Positions 50,301 through 62,900 are shown, counted from the stretch's first letter. The stretch: DNA of 64,000 bases from Raillietiella orientalis (GCA_036172245.1 JAYWIR010000001.1:5022001-5086000); one strand, 5' to 3'. The notes: generated from the sequence alone by a model not told the origin. Numbers and translations are program-made.

Positions 50301-52394
50301 CGCTTTCCCTTCGCGGATCCATCCAGACCCTCCGCTGCGAATCCGAAAGATGCTCCCAAGGAGCAGGACATTGCCGCGCGCGAGCGGGATGAAACGCGGA
50401 TCCTCTTCGATTCACGGCGGTGCTGAGGCGCCCTGCGCGGAGCGAGCCACCGCCGACGGCTTCTCAAATCCAAAGATTTCCTGCTCTCCCTCCGCGCGCG
50501 CACTACAGCTTACAACCCTCCGCCGACAATCAGTCAGCATCAGAAGCCTTAATCTCGAGGCGATTGCAAATCGAGAACTTTTCGCGGAAGATTTCGACAG
50601 CACCTGAGCAGAGCTCCGAGCCCGGTTCTGACAAATGCTGACGTGTTTTCGAACCCCGTATAAATAGATTTCCCTCTCCCGGAGAATTCATCAAACTAAT
50701 GTCTTCTGTGCTCGTGGAGGCAGCTGTGATGTGCTCCTGTCATACGTGGCAGACGTTTATTTATACCCATTAGGGCGTCAAGTGTGACGAAGGGGGGAAC
50801 ACTTCCACGCAACCCGAGGACGCGAGACTTCCCTCTGGTGAGCAGCCGAGCATCATGAAATGTGCTGGCAACAGCATCCCCGGTCAGCACGTGATGTCAG
50901 ACACCAAGGGCAGTAGACGGAATGCGTGAGGACGAAACATCCCGTTAGGGACTAACAGACAACACTCTTCTTCGCTGTCTGTGCGAGCTGCCAACGGCGA
51001 GTCGCTCTAGTGGGAGAGATCACAGTGCCACCCTAAGGATCACCCTAAGGATCAGCAGCCCGCTCTTGGGGTTTTCGCACAGGTCGCAAGCCTAACCGCA
51101 GCCCAGCATTTTGCCCACCATCGCCTCGAGAATACAGCGAAAGTGTTGGAGTTCCTTTGCGGGCCGTCAGCTCCGACTCCTTCCGAAGAGCTCATCTGAT
51201 CCGTCGAAGAAAGTGTTCCATAGAAGGGCTCCCGGTATCCAAGAGTTAGTCCAGAGCGTGGGCAAGACGAAAAAGCACCACTCTGAAGTGCGTCGACGCC
51301 ATCTTGAAATCGCTCCGACGAGAATTTCGCTTCTGCGACTCTTCCATCGACGCAGCTGCAAGAAGATCGCAGCAGAGAGATGCATTGGGTCAGATTACGG
51401 CCCATGCCCGAGGGACAGTCGCCATCTTTGCCAGATTCCTTGGGACCTCGTTTCAAAGAGTGTTACGTCATTCCCTGTGACGTGAGTAGTCGGATGACCT
51501 AAGGGAAAACCGGCACGATACGAGAGTATTCGAAAAAGGCGAGGCGCTTCAAGATGCAGTCACGAGGAGGAGGAAGGGAAGAGGGACCGAACGGTCAGCG
51601 AAATTCTCCAGGAAGAAACCTGGCTGAAACTCTTAACATCCGAAGAGAGTCGACGTCCGAAGAAGAGAGCCCAGGCAGCTGCTCATAGGAGCCCGGAAAC
51701 CATCCGGACTCGAGCGGACCACGGGATGGTCATCACAGTTCTGCTGCCTGGGCTTCTGGCGGCCTGTAGCCACACTGGTGCCGGTTCCCAGACTTCGGTC
51801 TCAACTGCAGTGGCGGCATCTCAAGAGCTTCTACCCGTGCAGGACCCGCGCGGACGGAGTCTTCTGATGGTGTATGGCGTGCGCGGGAGGGAGGGGACCA
51901 TACGCGTTCTGGATCCACCGTCGACCTGCAGTGACAGAGGGTGCTGAAACGTCAGCATGTCTGCCAAAAGGCTGCTTGGAAGGATAGGGAGCTGGTGGTC
52001 TGCAAGACTGGTCTACGCCCAATTTCGATCTCCTGCCCAGATGCCGATTCGTGCTACAAGGGAAGGGATGATTTTGCGGATGCTGTCTGCGGCCTTCCAA
52101 AACTCGCAACGGCCTTGGATGGTGAGGCCACTGGCGATCTTTCGAAAGAACAAGGACAGACAACTTGGTCCCTCTCCCCCACACTTTTCTGAAGGAAGCC
52201 GCCGCGGCATCGTCAGCTTGTTCTCTCAGATGCCGCGGCGCCAGACGAAGCACATCCGAGAAGAGAAGCAGTGTGTTCCTCCAACAGTTCCCCGTTGTCA
52301 TCTTCCGGGACCACCTTCTTTGACGATGGTGGAGGAGCCGCGCGTGACTGGAGGTATCCCCGACCGGAAAACCCATGGGGTAGTCACGCCGGGG

Positions 52395-53080
52395 CGTTTG
52401 TTGACAAACAATTTTCATGGTAGGACGAGAAGTCCCCCACAGACGATTCCGAAATTGAGCTGCCGGGTTGCCGGTGTGCAGACCGGCTGGGCTCACCTCG
52501 GCAGCGGAGGAGGATGGGGGGGGGGGGAATAAAAACAAAAAGAAAAGAAAAGAATAAACACAAACACTCTGAAGGGTCAGGAAAGGGTTACTGTCCACTG
52601 GAGGGAGTTTGCATCCTTTCTAGGAGGCCAGCTAGGTCCGTCCGAATAGTCCCAGAGGAGCCATCTGGTCGCTATCTGCAGAAAGCGAACAGAAGAGTGG
52701 ACGGCATCCCTCTCGTTTCTTCTTTGGCGTCGCTCCGCGCCGCCGCAATCCCGCGGAGCAGCAAAGGGCTGCTGAGGTTGCAGGGCGTCCCACACACAGA
52801 GTCACACAGCGTCCTGGGCCGCTTTGCCGCGACCCAGGAGCTTTTTTGGTCCTCCAGAGGGACCAGAGGGCAACACAGTCCACTAGCAGGTGGGAGAGAG
52901 ATTCGCGCTCCCCACACCTGGCCAGTTTGGGTCCACACAGCCCCGTGTCCAGTGATGCCAGTGGGTGTTGCACGGGAGTCCCCAGTGCAGCAGCATCAAC
53001 GCCGACTCCTGACACTCTGAGAGGAGGGTGTGGGTGTCCAAAAAGACCAGGGTCCACTGCAGATCTTCCACCGGACGTCC
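52395..53080 (-). mobile_element. Tx1/L1-like retrotransposon 3' portion, copy B (zinc-finger region + structured 3' UTR)
   Basis: LQWTLVF..QESALMLLHWGLPCN..GCVDP, then ARCGERESLSHLLVDCVALWSLW (zf-RVT/CCHC-like). UTR hairpins homologous to copy A. Confidence 0.7.
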
Positions 53081-53329
53081 CAGTAGCTCGTCTAAATCCT
53101 CGGGGGGGTATATCACCTGGGGTGCAGTGTCTGTTAGCTGGCCCGTCGTCCACTCTCCCAGTCCCTTTCTCCTTCCGGAGATATCCACACCGGAAAATGG
53201 TGACGAATCTTCCTTGCAGGCCGGTAACCGCTCTCCTATTTCACATGATGCGAAAATCCACTTCTGGTCCCATTACCGGAGACGGAGGCGAGGATCTAAA
53301 GCTTCCTTCCGAATCCATCGACAGCTCGC

Positions 53330-53485
53330 TGGTGTACCTCGATGGACGAAAGTCGAAGTGGCCCAGTAATAAGTGCTCTTGTAAGAAAGGAGAGCTGCAT
53401 CGATCCCGCTCGAATGGTGCAGGCACGAGCTTCTTGGGCAGGTCAGCAAGTTCTTAAGGTATTGCACCGACGGCTGCTATCACTG
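53330..53485 (-). mobile_element. Possible RLE C-terminus (R4-like) fragment
   Basis: VIAAVGAIP*ELADLPKKL..LQEHLLLG resembles IIGALGxIPK.L...LKKL..LQKxxLLG. No upstream RPD motif recognised. Confidence 0.3.
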
Positions 53486-54304
53486 AGTCTCCGAAATTCA
53501 CGACCAAGAGTCTTCCAGCAGCAGCGACCACTCGCAGTGCAAGGAAATGCGAATGGGGTTAGCGGAGGAATGCGGGGAAGGAGGTTTGCCGGAAGTCTCC
53601 ACCGTCCTTCCATCCATCCACCTTAGCTCTTTTCTGGAGAAGGACCCATACGTTGTAGATGCTCGGCGTGTGTGGATGTTCGCGGTGTTCTGGTGTTCTC
53701 CTCCCGGATTGGAACTCGCAGTCCAAGAGCTCTCTCCACGCTGCCAAGTCTCGTGACCTCTGCTAGATTTTCCTTGGAGTGGCGTGAGCCAGAGGAACCC
53801 GGAGGCCAGAATGATCGCACGAATCGCCGCTTTGGATGGCTGCGCAACCGGATCGCGCTGTGAGAGGAAGAGCGCGGGAACGCGGCAACCTGGGGTCCAT
53901 GGATATGGAACACTTGACTCGAGAAATCCACCAGAATCTACAGTGGGAAGCTCTGGCCACGTGAAAGATGAGTAATAGAGGATCTGGAAGACCAATGGAT
54001 CAGCAGCTCGTGTTGGTGGCGTAGCTGCGCTCTCTGCGAGCGTGGCGCCACGCGTCTCGGGTTCGGATCCCGCCCGGGGAAGGATTGACGCCGAAAAAGA
54101 GGGGCTGCCGTGGATTTCGATTGCTCCCCCTCAGGATGACACGTGGGCTTCTGATACGGCTCTGATGGAGGCCGGAAACTCCTCGGATGCCCCGTTGGCT
54201 GGCCAGGATTGGAATTCATCCTCCAGGGTCCCTCCAGGAATCAAGGAGCCGGTTGGTTCCCTTCCGGTCCGCCTTGTAGAAGTACCCGCCGCTCGACGCA
54301 CAAC

Positions 54305-54525
54305 GTGATCACCCCCATGAGCCAGAGGTGCTTCTCGGTGACAAGCGGAGTCCGTACCGCCTTGCGCTCAATCTCGAGCAAGCCGGAGGCAATTGTCCTC
54401 CCCACGCATGCGCCAAGCACGAAGTTTTTGGCTCTGTCTTATGCATGCGCCCGCGCGGCCTCTTTCCGGCCGGACTCTGCCTTTTGACTCTGCTTACGAG
54501 TCATCGATCACACCGCGGTCGTCCC
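54305..54525 (-). mobile_element. Repeat homologous to 59618-59825; putative Tx1-like ORF1 N-terminus
   Basis: Clear nucleotide homology (accgccttg.gctcaatctcgagca.gccg.aggcaatt..ctccccacgc.tgc.ccaagc..gaagtttttggc). Minus translation ESGRKEAARA..AKNF.LGA.VGR.IA.GLLEIE.KAV..KHL. The ORF1 assignment is inference. Confidence 0.55.
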
Positions 54526-54639
54526 TCTCCTTCTCTTCCATGCCTCCTTCTCCTCCTTTTCCACCACTCTCACACTTCCTCCTCCTTTTCCACTCCTTTC
54601 CCTCCGGTTGTGAACAGGAAGTTCCCTCCGTTCCCTCCC

Positions 54640-55110
54640 CTCGGAGGATCCTCCATTGCAATGGAGTTGGTTGATACTGCCTTTGGGAGTATTCGAAGGC
54701 ATCCCTCCGGGGTCCTCTTGAGAGGAGGAAGCCAGGAGCGGTTCCCTCGCGGGTTCCCTCTGTAGAAGAAACAAACGAGCGGTACCCTCCGAGACCCCTC
54801 CGGAGACAACCTGGGTAGACGGTTCCCTTCGGGGTTCCCCCCCTCAAGCGTGAGTAGAACGGACTTCTTCCTCCGGAGCCCTTCCTGGATTCATGAGGTG
54901 GCCTCCTTCTGAGATCATCCCCTATTTTAAAGGGTTACACGCACCCTCAGCTGGCGTGGAACATCGTTGAAGATCTGCGTGAGCCGCTAGGAGCGCGACG
55001 GCTCTTGAGGTCCACTCTAGAGTGTCGCAGAAGGGCGCTGTCCCCTTCGGGGAGAGCCTTTCAGAGAAATCCTGGAAGCGTCTCTCTGAGGTCCTCCTCA
55101 GAGGAGAAAA
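54640..55110. repeat. Dispersed structured repeat family, copy 3 (to ~55010) plus adjacent partial copy (55020-55110)
   Basis: atggagttggttgatac..atccctccggggtcctcttgagagg..ttcccttcggggtt..gaacggacttcttcctccggagcccttcctggattcatg..gcaccctcag. Confidence 0.8.
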
Positions 55111-55889
55111 CCGGGAGCGATTCTTTCCTACAGAGTTCCGTTCGAAGCGTACGAGAACTCCATGGCGGCAGCAGCCGTGATCTGCACTCCGATCGACTTG
55201 GGGTTACGCAGGTTTCGTGTCGGCAAAGGGCCTCCTCCTCCCTTCCTCCGCCATGCGGAAGTCTGGAATGCTTGCAAAATGAATCACGCGCGACAGTTTC
55301 TCTTCCCTGCGTCCAGGAGCTGGGCTGGGCTTCATGCTCTATCCTTCTTGACCACCTGAGTCTGCCGATAGGCACCCGACCTTGCATCCCACATCCCGGG
55401 ATGCAGAAAAAGTCGGCTCTTTCGCCCTCGGAGGATGCCTCCACGGAAACGGCATTGCCGAACATTCCATAATTTTATGAGCGAGGCGTGCCTCCAGGGC
55501 ACACCCTCCAGGGGGCTTCCTTCGAACAGAGCACGCAGTTCCGTTGATTAAGAACTCAGTCGATACAGATAGGGGGAGCAGGGGATGGGAAGAAGGGACA
55601 CATCAGAACCTCATCGTCGTCTCCGAAAAGTGCCCAGTGTAAGGGAACTCCGAGCCGTTTCCGAACCATGGATTCAGCATCCACGGATCCTCATGGATCG
55701 CCGTCGACCACAGGTTGCGCAGAACCACAGGGTCACTCCGCACGCGACGCTGGCTGAGCGTTCCCTGACGAACTGGAGTCCGCCAAAGGAATCCGTGGGT
55801 CTGAGAGGCAGTGTTTGAGGCTAATGCATGGGGAACAAGAGGGGTGAGGGTCTGCGAATCGGCGCATTTGGCACAGGTGACCCCCCTCC

Positions 55890-56340
55890 ATCCCGTGCCG
55901 TGGAGCTCGCGGATCGATGCTTCTCCAGAGTGTGGAGAAGGGCGCTGCTTCCCTCGGGGAGTGATCCTTCAGAGAGGGTGGAAAGCGCCCCTTCAGAATT
56001 CTCTTAGAAGGAGGAAAGAAGGAGGAGGAGGAGGAAGGAAGGAGGACGAGGAGACAAGACGGATCAGATCTTTTCCGGGTTCCCTCCGAAGAAACGAGGA
56101 GTGACTCCCTCTGGGAGGTCCCTCTGGGGCGTCCCTCCGGAGAGGTCAAGGAGGTGGTTCCCTCCCAAGAGTGAGAGGAACAGACTCCTTGATCAATAGG
56201 AGCGTTTCCGAATTCATAAGGTGGTCACCTCCCAGGGTACCCCCTAACTTGAAGAGTCGCACACACCCTCGGGTAGCGAGGGCAGCGCCGAAGAGCTTCG
56301 TGTGCCGTCAGGCGAACGGTTCTTGAACCGCCTCGGACGA
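55890..56340. repeat. Dispersed structured repeat family, copy 4
   Basis: gaagggcgctg.t.ccctcgggga..ccttcagaga..gtgagaggaacagactcc..ggagcgtttccgaattcataaggtggtc..cctaacttgaagag..caccctcggg..ggcgaacggttcttga. Confidence 0.75.
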
Positions 56341-56829
56341 AGAAATATTCCCTGAAGTTCCGGAAGCGCCCACGCGGATTTCGCCGGACAGCTCCGGCGT
56401 TCTGTAGCCAAACGAGCGACGTGTTGCTCTCTCTGGCTGAGAGGGAGTGGAGGAGGGGCCTCCAGACGAATGCTCAGGGAAAGCACCACTTCACGCACTG
56501 GGTTTCTTGGAAAGAATCCTCTTCTTGTGCGGGGCGACCGTCTAATGGGATCCTTTGATTGAGCCGACCCATGTCTTTTCCGGTGACCGCCAGCACCCCT
56601 CACAGGCCCTTCGCCGACCAGCCCTCTTCTTCGCAATCGCTTCCTGATGGCTTCCTGGAGGGTAAAGCGTACCGAGCGGGATGGATTCCTCCCGACCCTT
56701 TCCTACTGTGCCACTGAACGTGGGTGCTCGTTCCCGCGCCCTCTCGTTCGCAGCTACCATCCCGCGGCTGATGTCAGTTGCTCACGCGCGAACCCTAGAG
56801 GTGACCACGGAATCGAGGGTCCTGCATCG

Positions 56830-58045
56830 CGGATGCAAAGGGTATTTTCTAGGTGTGCGGTGTTCATTCTGCCATCCTTGGTGATATGCCTCGTTCCTTG
56901 GAAGTCGCACCGCAGCCGAAGGGTTTCAGTCAGCTGCTGCCAGCCAGCCGGCACAGGATGCGCGGATTCAGGTTCCCGCTGCTTCACTTTCGGAGGTCTA
57001 CCTCTTGGATCTCCCGTCGCCCCACGAACCGTGGGATTTCTGGAGGCAGGAGGTGGTGGAGAACTGAATTCGCTGCCCAGGAAGTGCCTTGGAGATACTT
57101 CATCCTCCCTGAAATCTTCTCCGCCGCCCGCTCGGAGACATCCTGCAGGGTCCGTCTGCAGGACGGTCCCGGATGGCCTCCAAACCCCGTGCCGCAGAGC
57201 TGTCTGCCCTCAAAGCAAACGACGACAGTAATCTGACGGCGGGATGAGAGTTCCGCACCGTTGCGGGGAGAGTTGCTAGTCTACCGGTCGTCTGGATGAC
57301 GACGAGCGAGCTGGCGCAAGCCACCATCCCTCGTTCCCGGACGAAGGAACTCCGTTGATGGAGTGACCTGCTTAGGGTGTCCCCTCGAAGAGCTGGAGGT
57401 TCCTTTGGGTGCGGATACTATGTTGCTCCTTTGAGATGGAATCTGAATCTGCTGCTGCGTCTGCATCGGGGGGTTTTCAGGGCATCCGGATCCTCCACCT
57501 CGTTTTTCAGGGAGTCGCATCCCCGAACTGCTCGAGGTCAGTTGTTGGACTGCGATGTCCTCCATGAACTGTGGCGGAGGATGTGGTCTTCAGCATTCCT
57601 GCACCTGGAGGACTCTGCCAAGGACTTGCTGCGGAGACTCTTCGTGCGCGGAAGACTCCCGGCAGGCTCCGTGAGTACGACGAGATGCGCCTCCGGGCAT
57701 TGTCGCAGCCTGCCATGTGTTAGAGTCTCGAGCGCGGCAAAGGGGAGTCACCCACATGGCAGACTCCTGCACCAGGGCGGCTGCGAGGAGGTGGCCTCAC
57801 CTGCAAGACAATTCAGAGATCGACGGCATTATGCGCCGTTGCTGAGCCACAAGAAGCGTCCCATACCAAAGACCCCATATCTCCACCCTCCCTTTATTTA
57901 TTTATTTATTGTCCCTTTTCTTTTTGCTCTGGGCTGTTCCAGTAACCTACCTGCGTGCCAGTGGACCCTCCTCATCAGCTACTTTTTTTTCTTTCTTTCG
58001 GGATTCGTGTTCCCAACTTGTTTGCTTATTTCTTCTGAATAAACC
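56830..58045 (+). mobile_element. Tx1/L1-like ORF2 post-RT region and 3' UTR
   Basis: AVFILPSLVIC, EAGGGGELNSL (GGLG-like), LWRRMWSSAFL..AKDLLRRL..GRLP (zf-RVT-like), T-rich UTR and AATAAA at ~58038. Confidence 0.55.
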
Positions 58046-58199
58046 CCCCGTTGTGACCAGATGGGAAACTGATGGTACATGGCAGCCGCGAAAGATGAGA
58101 GGGAAGGCATTCTCATACTCCTCTCCTCTTACATTCGCTCCCGGCTGGGCGCTGCTGCAGCGTTTCCAAAAGACGGTGAGCGTCGAAAGTGGGCATCAG

Positions 58200-58600
58200 G
58201 ATTCTCCTATCGGTGCAACTGAAGCCAGGAGCTGGCCAGGAACGGGTCAGTTTCCACGCTCCGTCTGGGGACAGCGTGTCTGCTTGGGACTGCTGGGGGA
58301 GGGAGGTTAAACCGGCACGCCAGGCGTTCCGTCCAGAGCTTTGCCAGCAGCTTCGCGTGCGTATTCACCACGGTAATCAGACGTCAGTTATCAATTCTAC
58401 AAAGGTCCCTTCCCTTCGGGAGGAGGGGGTATCTCGCCCCTTTCCTATGTCAGCGCGACACAGTGTCGCAAGACTTTCTGGAAAGCGCAAGAGAAGAGAA
58501 GATGCCAGCGGTGGTGGCAAGGGTGAGGAAAAACTGGGCGACCTTCTTCAAGATTCACCCGTTCGATGGTTTGCACGGGTCCGGGCAAGGTGTTGAGAAA
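58200..58600 (-). mobile_element. Tx1/L1-like RT N-terminal fragment
   Basis: NTLPGP (K.PGPDG-like, 58577-58594), LLPKGRDLCRIDN*RLITVVNTHAKLLAKLWTERL (LLPKKGDL..IxNWRP..L.N..YK..AK...RL), SPKQT. Confidence 0.7.
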
Positions 58601-59617
58601 CGTTCTCGGCATCCCTCACGGAGCTTCCGCATGCATCTCCTATTAGGGACGCAGGTCTTTCAAGATCGTAAGGAACCTTCTCGTTCACATTTTGCTGTTT
58701 GCTGTCATTTCAAAATAGGGGGAGTGGTCTAGCAACAAATGAAGGTAGAAAGTTCCCGTCAGTTGCACAGGTTGACTCTCCTCTTCTTTCCTCCTTCCTT
58801 CCTACTCCATGTTTTCAGTGTACGGTGAGTGTCCTGGGATGCCTTCTAATGCCCCGGAAATACCGGAAACTCGAGCACACCATCCCTTCTCTGACTCACC
58901 TAGTCGTCTCTTCTCACACCCTGGACAGGTACCCCCGAAGGGGGCAAACCAGCTCCATAGAAATGCAATAACCCCGGAGGGGGAAAGTCAGCGCCCAAGC
59001 TCTGTGATTCCTGGGAAGACTCCGGAGGCCAACTTTCAATCCCGGTCAGTCGATATGGGAGCATCCGATTTCCAGCACGCACGAGCATTCCACCAGTGCC
59101 GCGCTACCGGCCAGCCAGTGACTAGGAAGAATACCCGAAACCCACTGCGCACCTGCATTCTTGGTGTCGATTTTTCACGAGCCGTTTCTTAACCTTTCCT
59201 CTCCACTCTTTTGTCCTAGATACTCCTGCCGACGCAGGCGCCTCTTGGAGGCGAGGTGGAGGTGCAGTACTTGATGCGCTCTCTCCTTTTGCCGACTTGC
59301 TATTCCGGAAGACGTTTGCCTGGGGAGTGAGGAGTGAAGGAGACAGACTGACTCCCTCCTTTCTCTCTGGATTCAGGCTCGAGGTCATCTCCGAAATACG
59401 CTGGCTGGAAGCCACCTACTCTGAACGCCCGCACTTCAGGATGACCCTCTTGATCTGGACTATTGGTTTGTCCTATCTTCTGGAAGTCGTGTTTTCGCCG
59501 GGGGCACCTGGGATTCGTCCACCAAACCTGCAAACAATCGGCGTCACGATGCCTGAAGAGGCAAGGAGAGTTGGCCACCTCGCTTCGTGGAAGAACCTGC
59601 TGCCCGACGCGGAACGC

Positions 59618-59825
59618 GGTCACCCCCTTGAACCGGAGGTGCTTCTTAGCGACGTCCATACCGCCTTGAGCTCAATCTCGAGCAGGCCGAAGGCAATTTC
59701 TCTCCCCACGCGTGCTCCAAGCGTGAAGTTTTTGGCGCTGCTTTCGGCAAGCGCCCGCGCCGCCTCCTTCCGACCGGACTCTCCTGACTCTGCTTCCGAG
59801 TTCTCAGTCGCACCGCTGTTGTCCT
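59618..59825 (-). mobile_element. Repeat homologous to 54305-54525; putative Tx1-like ORF1 N-terminus
   Basis: ESGRKEAARALAESSAKNFTLGARVGREIAFGLLEIELKAVWT then (frameshift) KKHLRFKGV. Lies upstream of, and co-oriented with, the RT fragment at 58200-58600. Confidence 0.55.
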
Positions 59826-59950
59826 CCTCTTCCTCCTTCATTTCTCCTCCTGCTCGTTCGCTTCCTCTTCCCTTCCTCCTCTTCCATTCATCTTCATCAT
59901 CATCATCATTCACTTCTTCTCATCCTTCTTCTGCACTCCTCCTCCTCCTT
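59826..59950. repeat. Pyrimidine-rich low-complexity tract with (TCA)n/(CCT)n
   Basis: Direct reading. Confidence 0.85.
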
Positions 59951-62900
59951 TATGCTGCCCACCCGGATTGCCTGCTCAGGGACGCTTCTCCCTCACTCGT
60001 TCATTCAAATGGAACCGAGTGAACCGAGAGGGAAACTCCTGAATCGTCACGAGGAGCCGTGGTGGCCCACCAAAGCAGCTCCCCCACAGCCGGTTCCCCT
60101 TCGTTCCGCTCCCCGTTCCCAGCCCGCCGCTCAGGCTGAGGGAGGGAGGGAAGGAGCCGATCTCTCTGGAAGGAACTCTCTCAAGGTCCCTGAGCTCCCC
60201 TCCTCTGAGCACAGAAGAGAACGTTCCCCTCCCTCGACACATTCGTCCGCGTGAGGCCGTCAAGGGCCCTACGCTTGGCGGGCGGTCTCCCTCTTGGTTT
60301 CTTAAACGAAACACTTCTTTTGTTCCTCCCGGGACTCTCGGGACGCCCCTCCCTCCGGCTGGAGTGGCTTCCCCGTGACGCGGCTACGTCGCGGTGACTC
60401 TCTTGCCTTCCATCGTCGTCCCATCGCATTCGCAGGACGCTGGACAACGGACTCTCCTCCCCGATTGCTAGCGAGAGCTGCCGCCTCCTTCGCAGGAATC
60501 TTCCTGGAGAAGTTGAAAAAGAAGGGGCGGGTGGAGGGAACACGTCGGGAAGCGTAAGGAGTGTGAACACCCGGTGGCGGTTTCCGTTACAAAGGTGGAA
60601 CCCTCCGAGCACATCCATCAGGCCGTGGCCCAAACCAGAGGAAGGCTATCGGCTTTTGGACGCGGCACTTCCGGCGAGAAGGAAGCGGGGGATTCGGGAA
60701 GCGACCTCTGCCTCTCTCATTGATGGGATCACTTGATCCGTGACCTACCAGCGCAAGATGCTCTTTGCTTCCTTCAGGCTAGCTGGATTTCGGAGGAGAG
60801 GCTGGACGTCAGACGTCTACGGGATTCAGGATGGACCTGAGGAGCGCCGCTCCCTTCGCTCCCGGCGGCGCGCAACCATTCTGGAAACGAAGCGAAAGCT
60901 ACCCTTCCTCCTCCTCCTCCACGTCATCGTGCTCGTTCCTCCCCCCTTTTCCTTCTCATCCCCTTCTTTTCCTTCTTCCTCCTCCTCCTTATCGTCATCT
61001 TCAACACACTTTGGGCGGATACCTGCCTTCCCAGTGAGCCAGCACCCTTCTCGCGACTGCCACTTGCATGCTCCTTTTCACCGGCGGCTCTTTCCCAGAG
61101 GTTCCCGGAACCCCACGAGAGCAGAAAAAGTACGCCGCGTCATCTCCAGCCTCCCGCGGCTTGACAGGTGGAGACGAGCGCGCGCTCCCTCGCTGGACCC
61201 GCATTTCCAGGGAAAAGAGTGGACCGAATGGCATCCTACGCTTTCGGAACCTTCCCACGTGGATGCGCTTCTGTCCGGAGCCGAAATTCCCCTCGGGGGA
61301 GGAAAATCCAGAGTTCCCTCCGAAGCGAGGGGGGGGGGGGGACTCGAGACCAGGCCGCTGCTCCGCGGGCGAGGCGCCTCTTAAGTCCGCGATAATCTTC
61401 TTCCCCCGACTGGCGAGGAGTCCCGGATGACAGCTGATGGGTCTCGGCGTGGCGTCATCTGGGACTTTCACTTGGGCGGGTCCCGCCTCCCGGAAGGAGT
61501 TTCGCGAACTCCTGCTCTTCTTCTCCCTTCCTGGAAAACGAGGGGAGACAGAAAAGGAAACGTTGGAGCGGAGGGGCTGCGGCCCCGAAGGGCAGTCCTT
61601 GTCTGGCGGTGCCTTAGGCAGAAGCCAACCTCAAAGGGTGCTCACTGCACCCCGCCACGTCCACGAACCCTCAGGGGAAGAGTATAGACGATTCATTCCT
61701 CCTTGCGTGGGGGGTTCCTGATCTCCCCGTCCCTCCCCCCTTCCTCGGTCAGGTCTTCGGCCTGCGTTTCCGTGGCAATGTCTTCCCGGATGAGTGCGCC
61801 CATCCCTCTCCTCTTCTGCAGCACCTGGGCGTCCGCGGAACCGGACGCGCGCTCCACGTGCTCCTGGACTGCCTGGCTTTCCGCTCGCGGGACTTGCGCA
61901 ATGGTGTGACGTCACTTGGCGGAGTTCCCTTGGCGAGGGTTTCCTTCAGAGTGGGTCTGGGTAGGAATGGCTTGCAGTCCGCATCATCTCCGTGGGGTCC
62001 CGGATTCCACCCCTCGGGACCCCTCACCCCTTTCCCTTTCCTTTTCGCGTCCTCACTTTCTCCCGGAGAGTGGTCCTCGTTTGCGGCGCTCCCTCCTTCA
62101 GATGGCCTTCCTGAAGCTCTCCTACCCTCGGTGGACGGGCGGAGCGCAGGGCACTTCCCTTCGAGGAAGCGGACCCTCCGGCGATTACCAGGAATGGGAA
62201 GAAACGAGGACGGCGCCATTTTTTGCTTCTGTTTTCGACCATAGGACGAGGGGTTCTTGTGGCGGGAGGTGGTGGAGGAGGAGGACGGGGCCGCTTCGTC
62301 CTCCTCTGCTCCCCGGTTTTCTTCCCCTTTGGCTCCCCCTCCCCTTCCTACGACTCCTCTGCGGGAACGCTTCCGGGCCAGTTCCGGACCTCTAAGGCCC
62401 CAACAGCACTCCGGCTGTCTCCGTCGCCGCTGGCCCGGTCGCTGTCTGCTCGCCTCCCACGAAATGACCTCGCGCCGCCCGCGATCGCGGAGGAACGTGC
62501 GGTTTTCGTCCACAGCGTCTCACACTTCCGCAGCATCCCAGCTTCCGACGATCCCCGCAGATTAATCCGGTGATCCCCGCGTCCCTTCCCCGCTCCCTCA
62601 CGCCGCGCGAGCAGCTAGGAAATTCGGGTCATTATGGAGAATGAGGGTGCTCGGCGAGGGGGAAGGAATGCACGCGACGCGCTTTGAGGGGACGGCTCGT
62701 AAGAACGGGATCTGGCGGTGGCGGTGGCGGCCGCTGCCTGGAGATGAAAAGACCCGCGGGGAAGGAGAAGCAGAGAAAGCGTTACGAAAACGAGACAGCG
62801 GAGCCGAGCGCGCGGCGCCACCATCATCCTTACTCCCAGCCCTCCTTCCGAGAGGATCCGCGCGGGGATGAGTGGTGGAGGGAGCGCTCCCTGTTTCCCA

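Noticed and set aside
51031-51054. 12-bp tandem duplication ccctaaggatca x2 (also gctcaatggac x2 at ~5492)
   Set aside because: Ordinary slippage or footprint-sized duplication with no associated element; not a telomeric array.
51220-52330. Plus-strand RT motifs (RRAPGIQ, SDYGP, LRPISI, WSLSPTLF, FFDD)
   Set aside because: Probably LINE debris, but spacing is inconsistent with a single RT; left uncalled.
54012-54078. tRNA-like A/B boxes (tggcgtagctg..ggttcggatccc)
   Set aside because: No cloverleaf and an imperfect B box; may be chance in GC-rich DNA.
61580-62220. Tx1-like ORF1 on minus strand (IPGNRRRVRF, DGRTHP..DRG, FCL.H..KDCP)
   Set aside because: Suggestive, but motifs are short and scattered over frames; not enough to call without a search.
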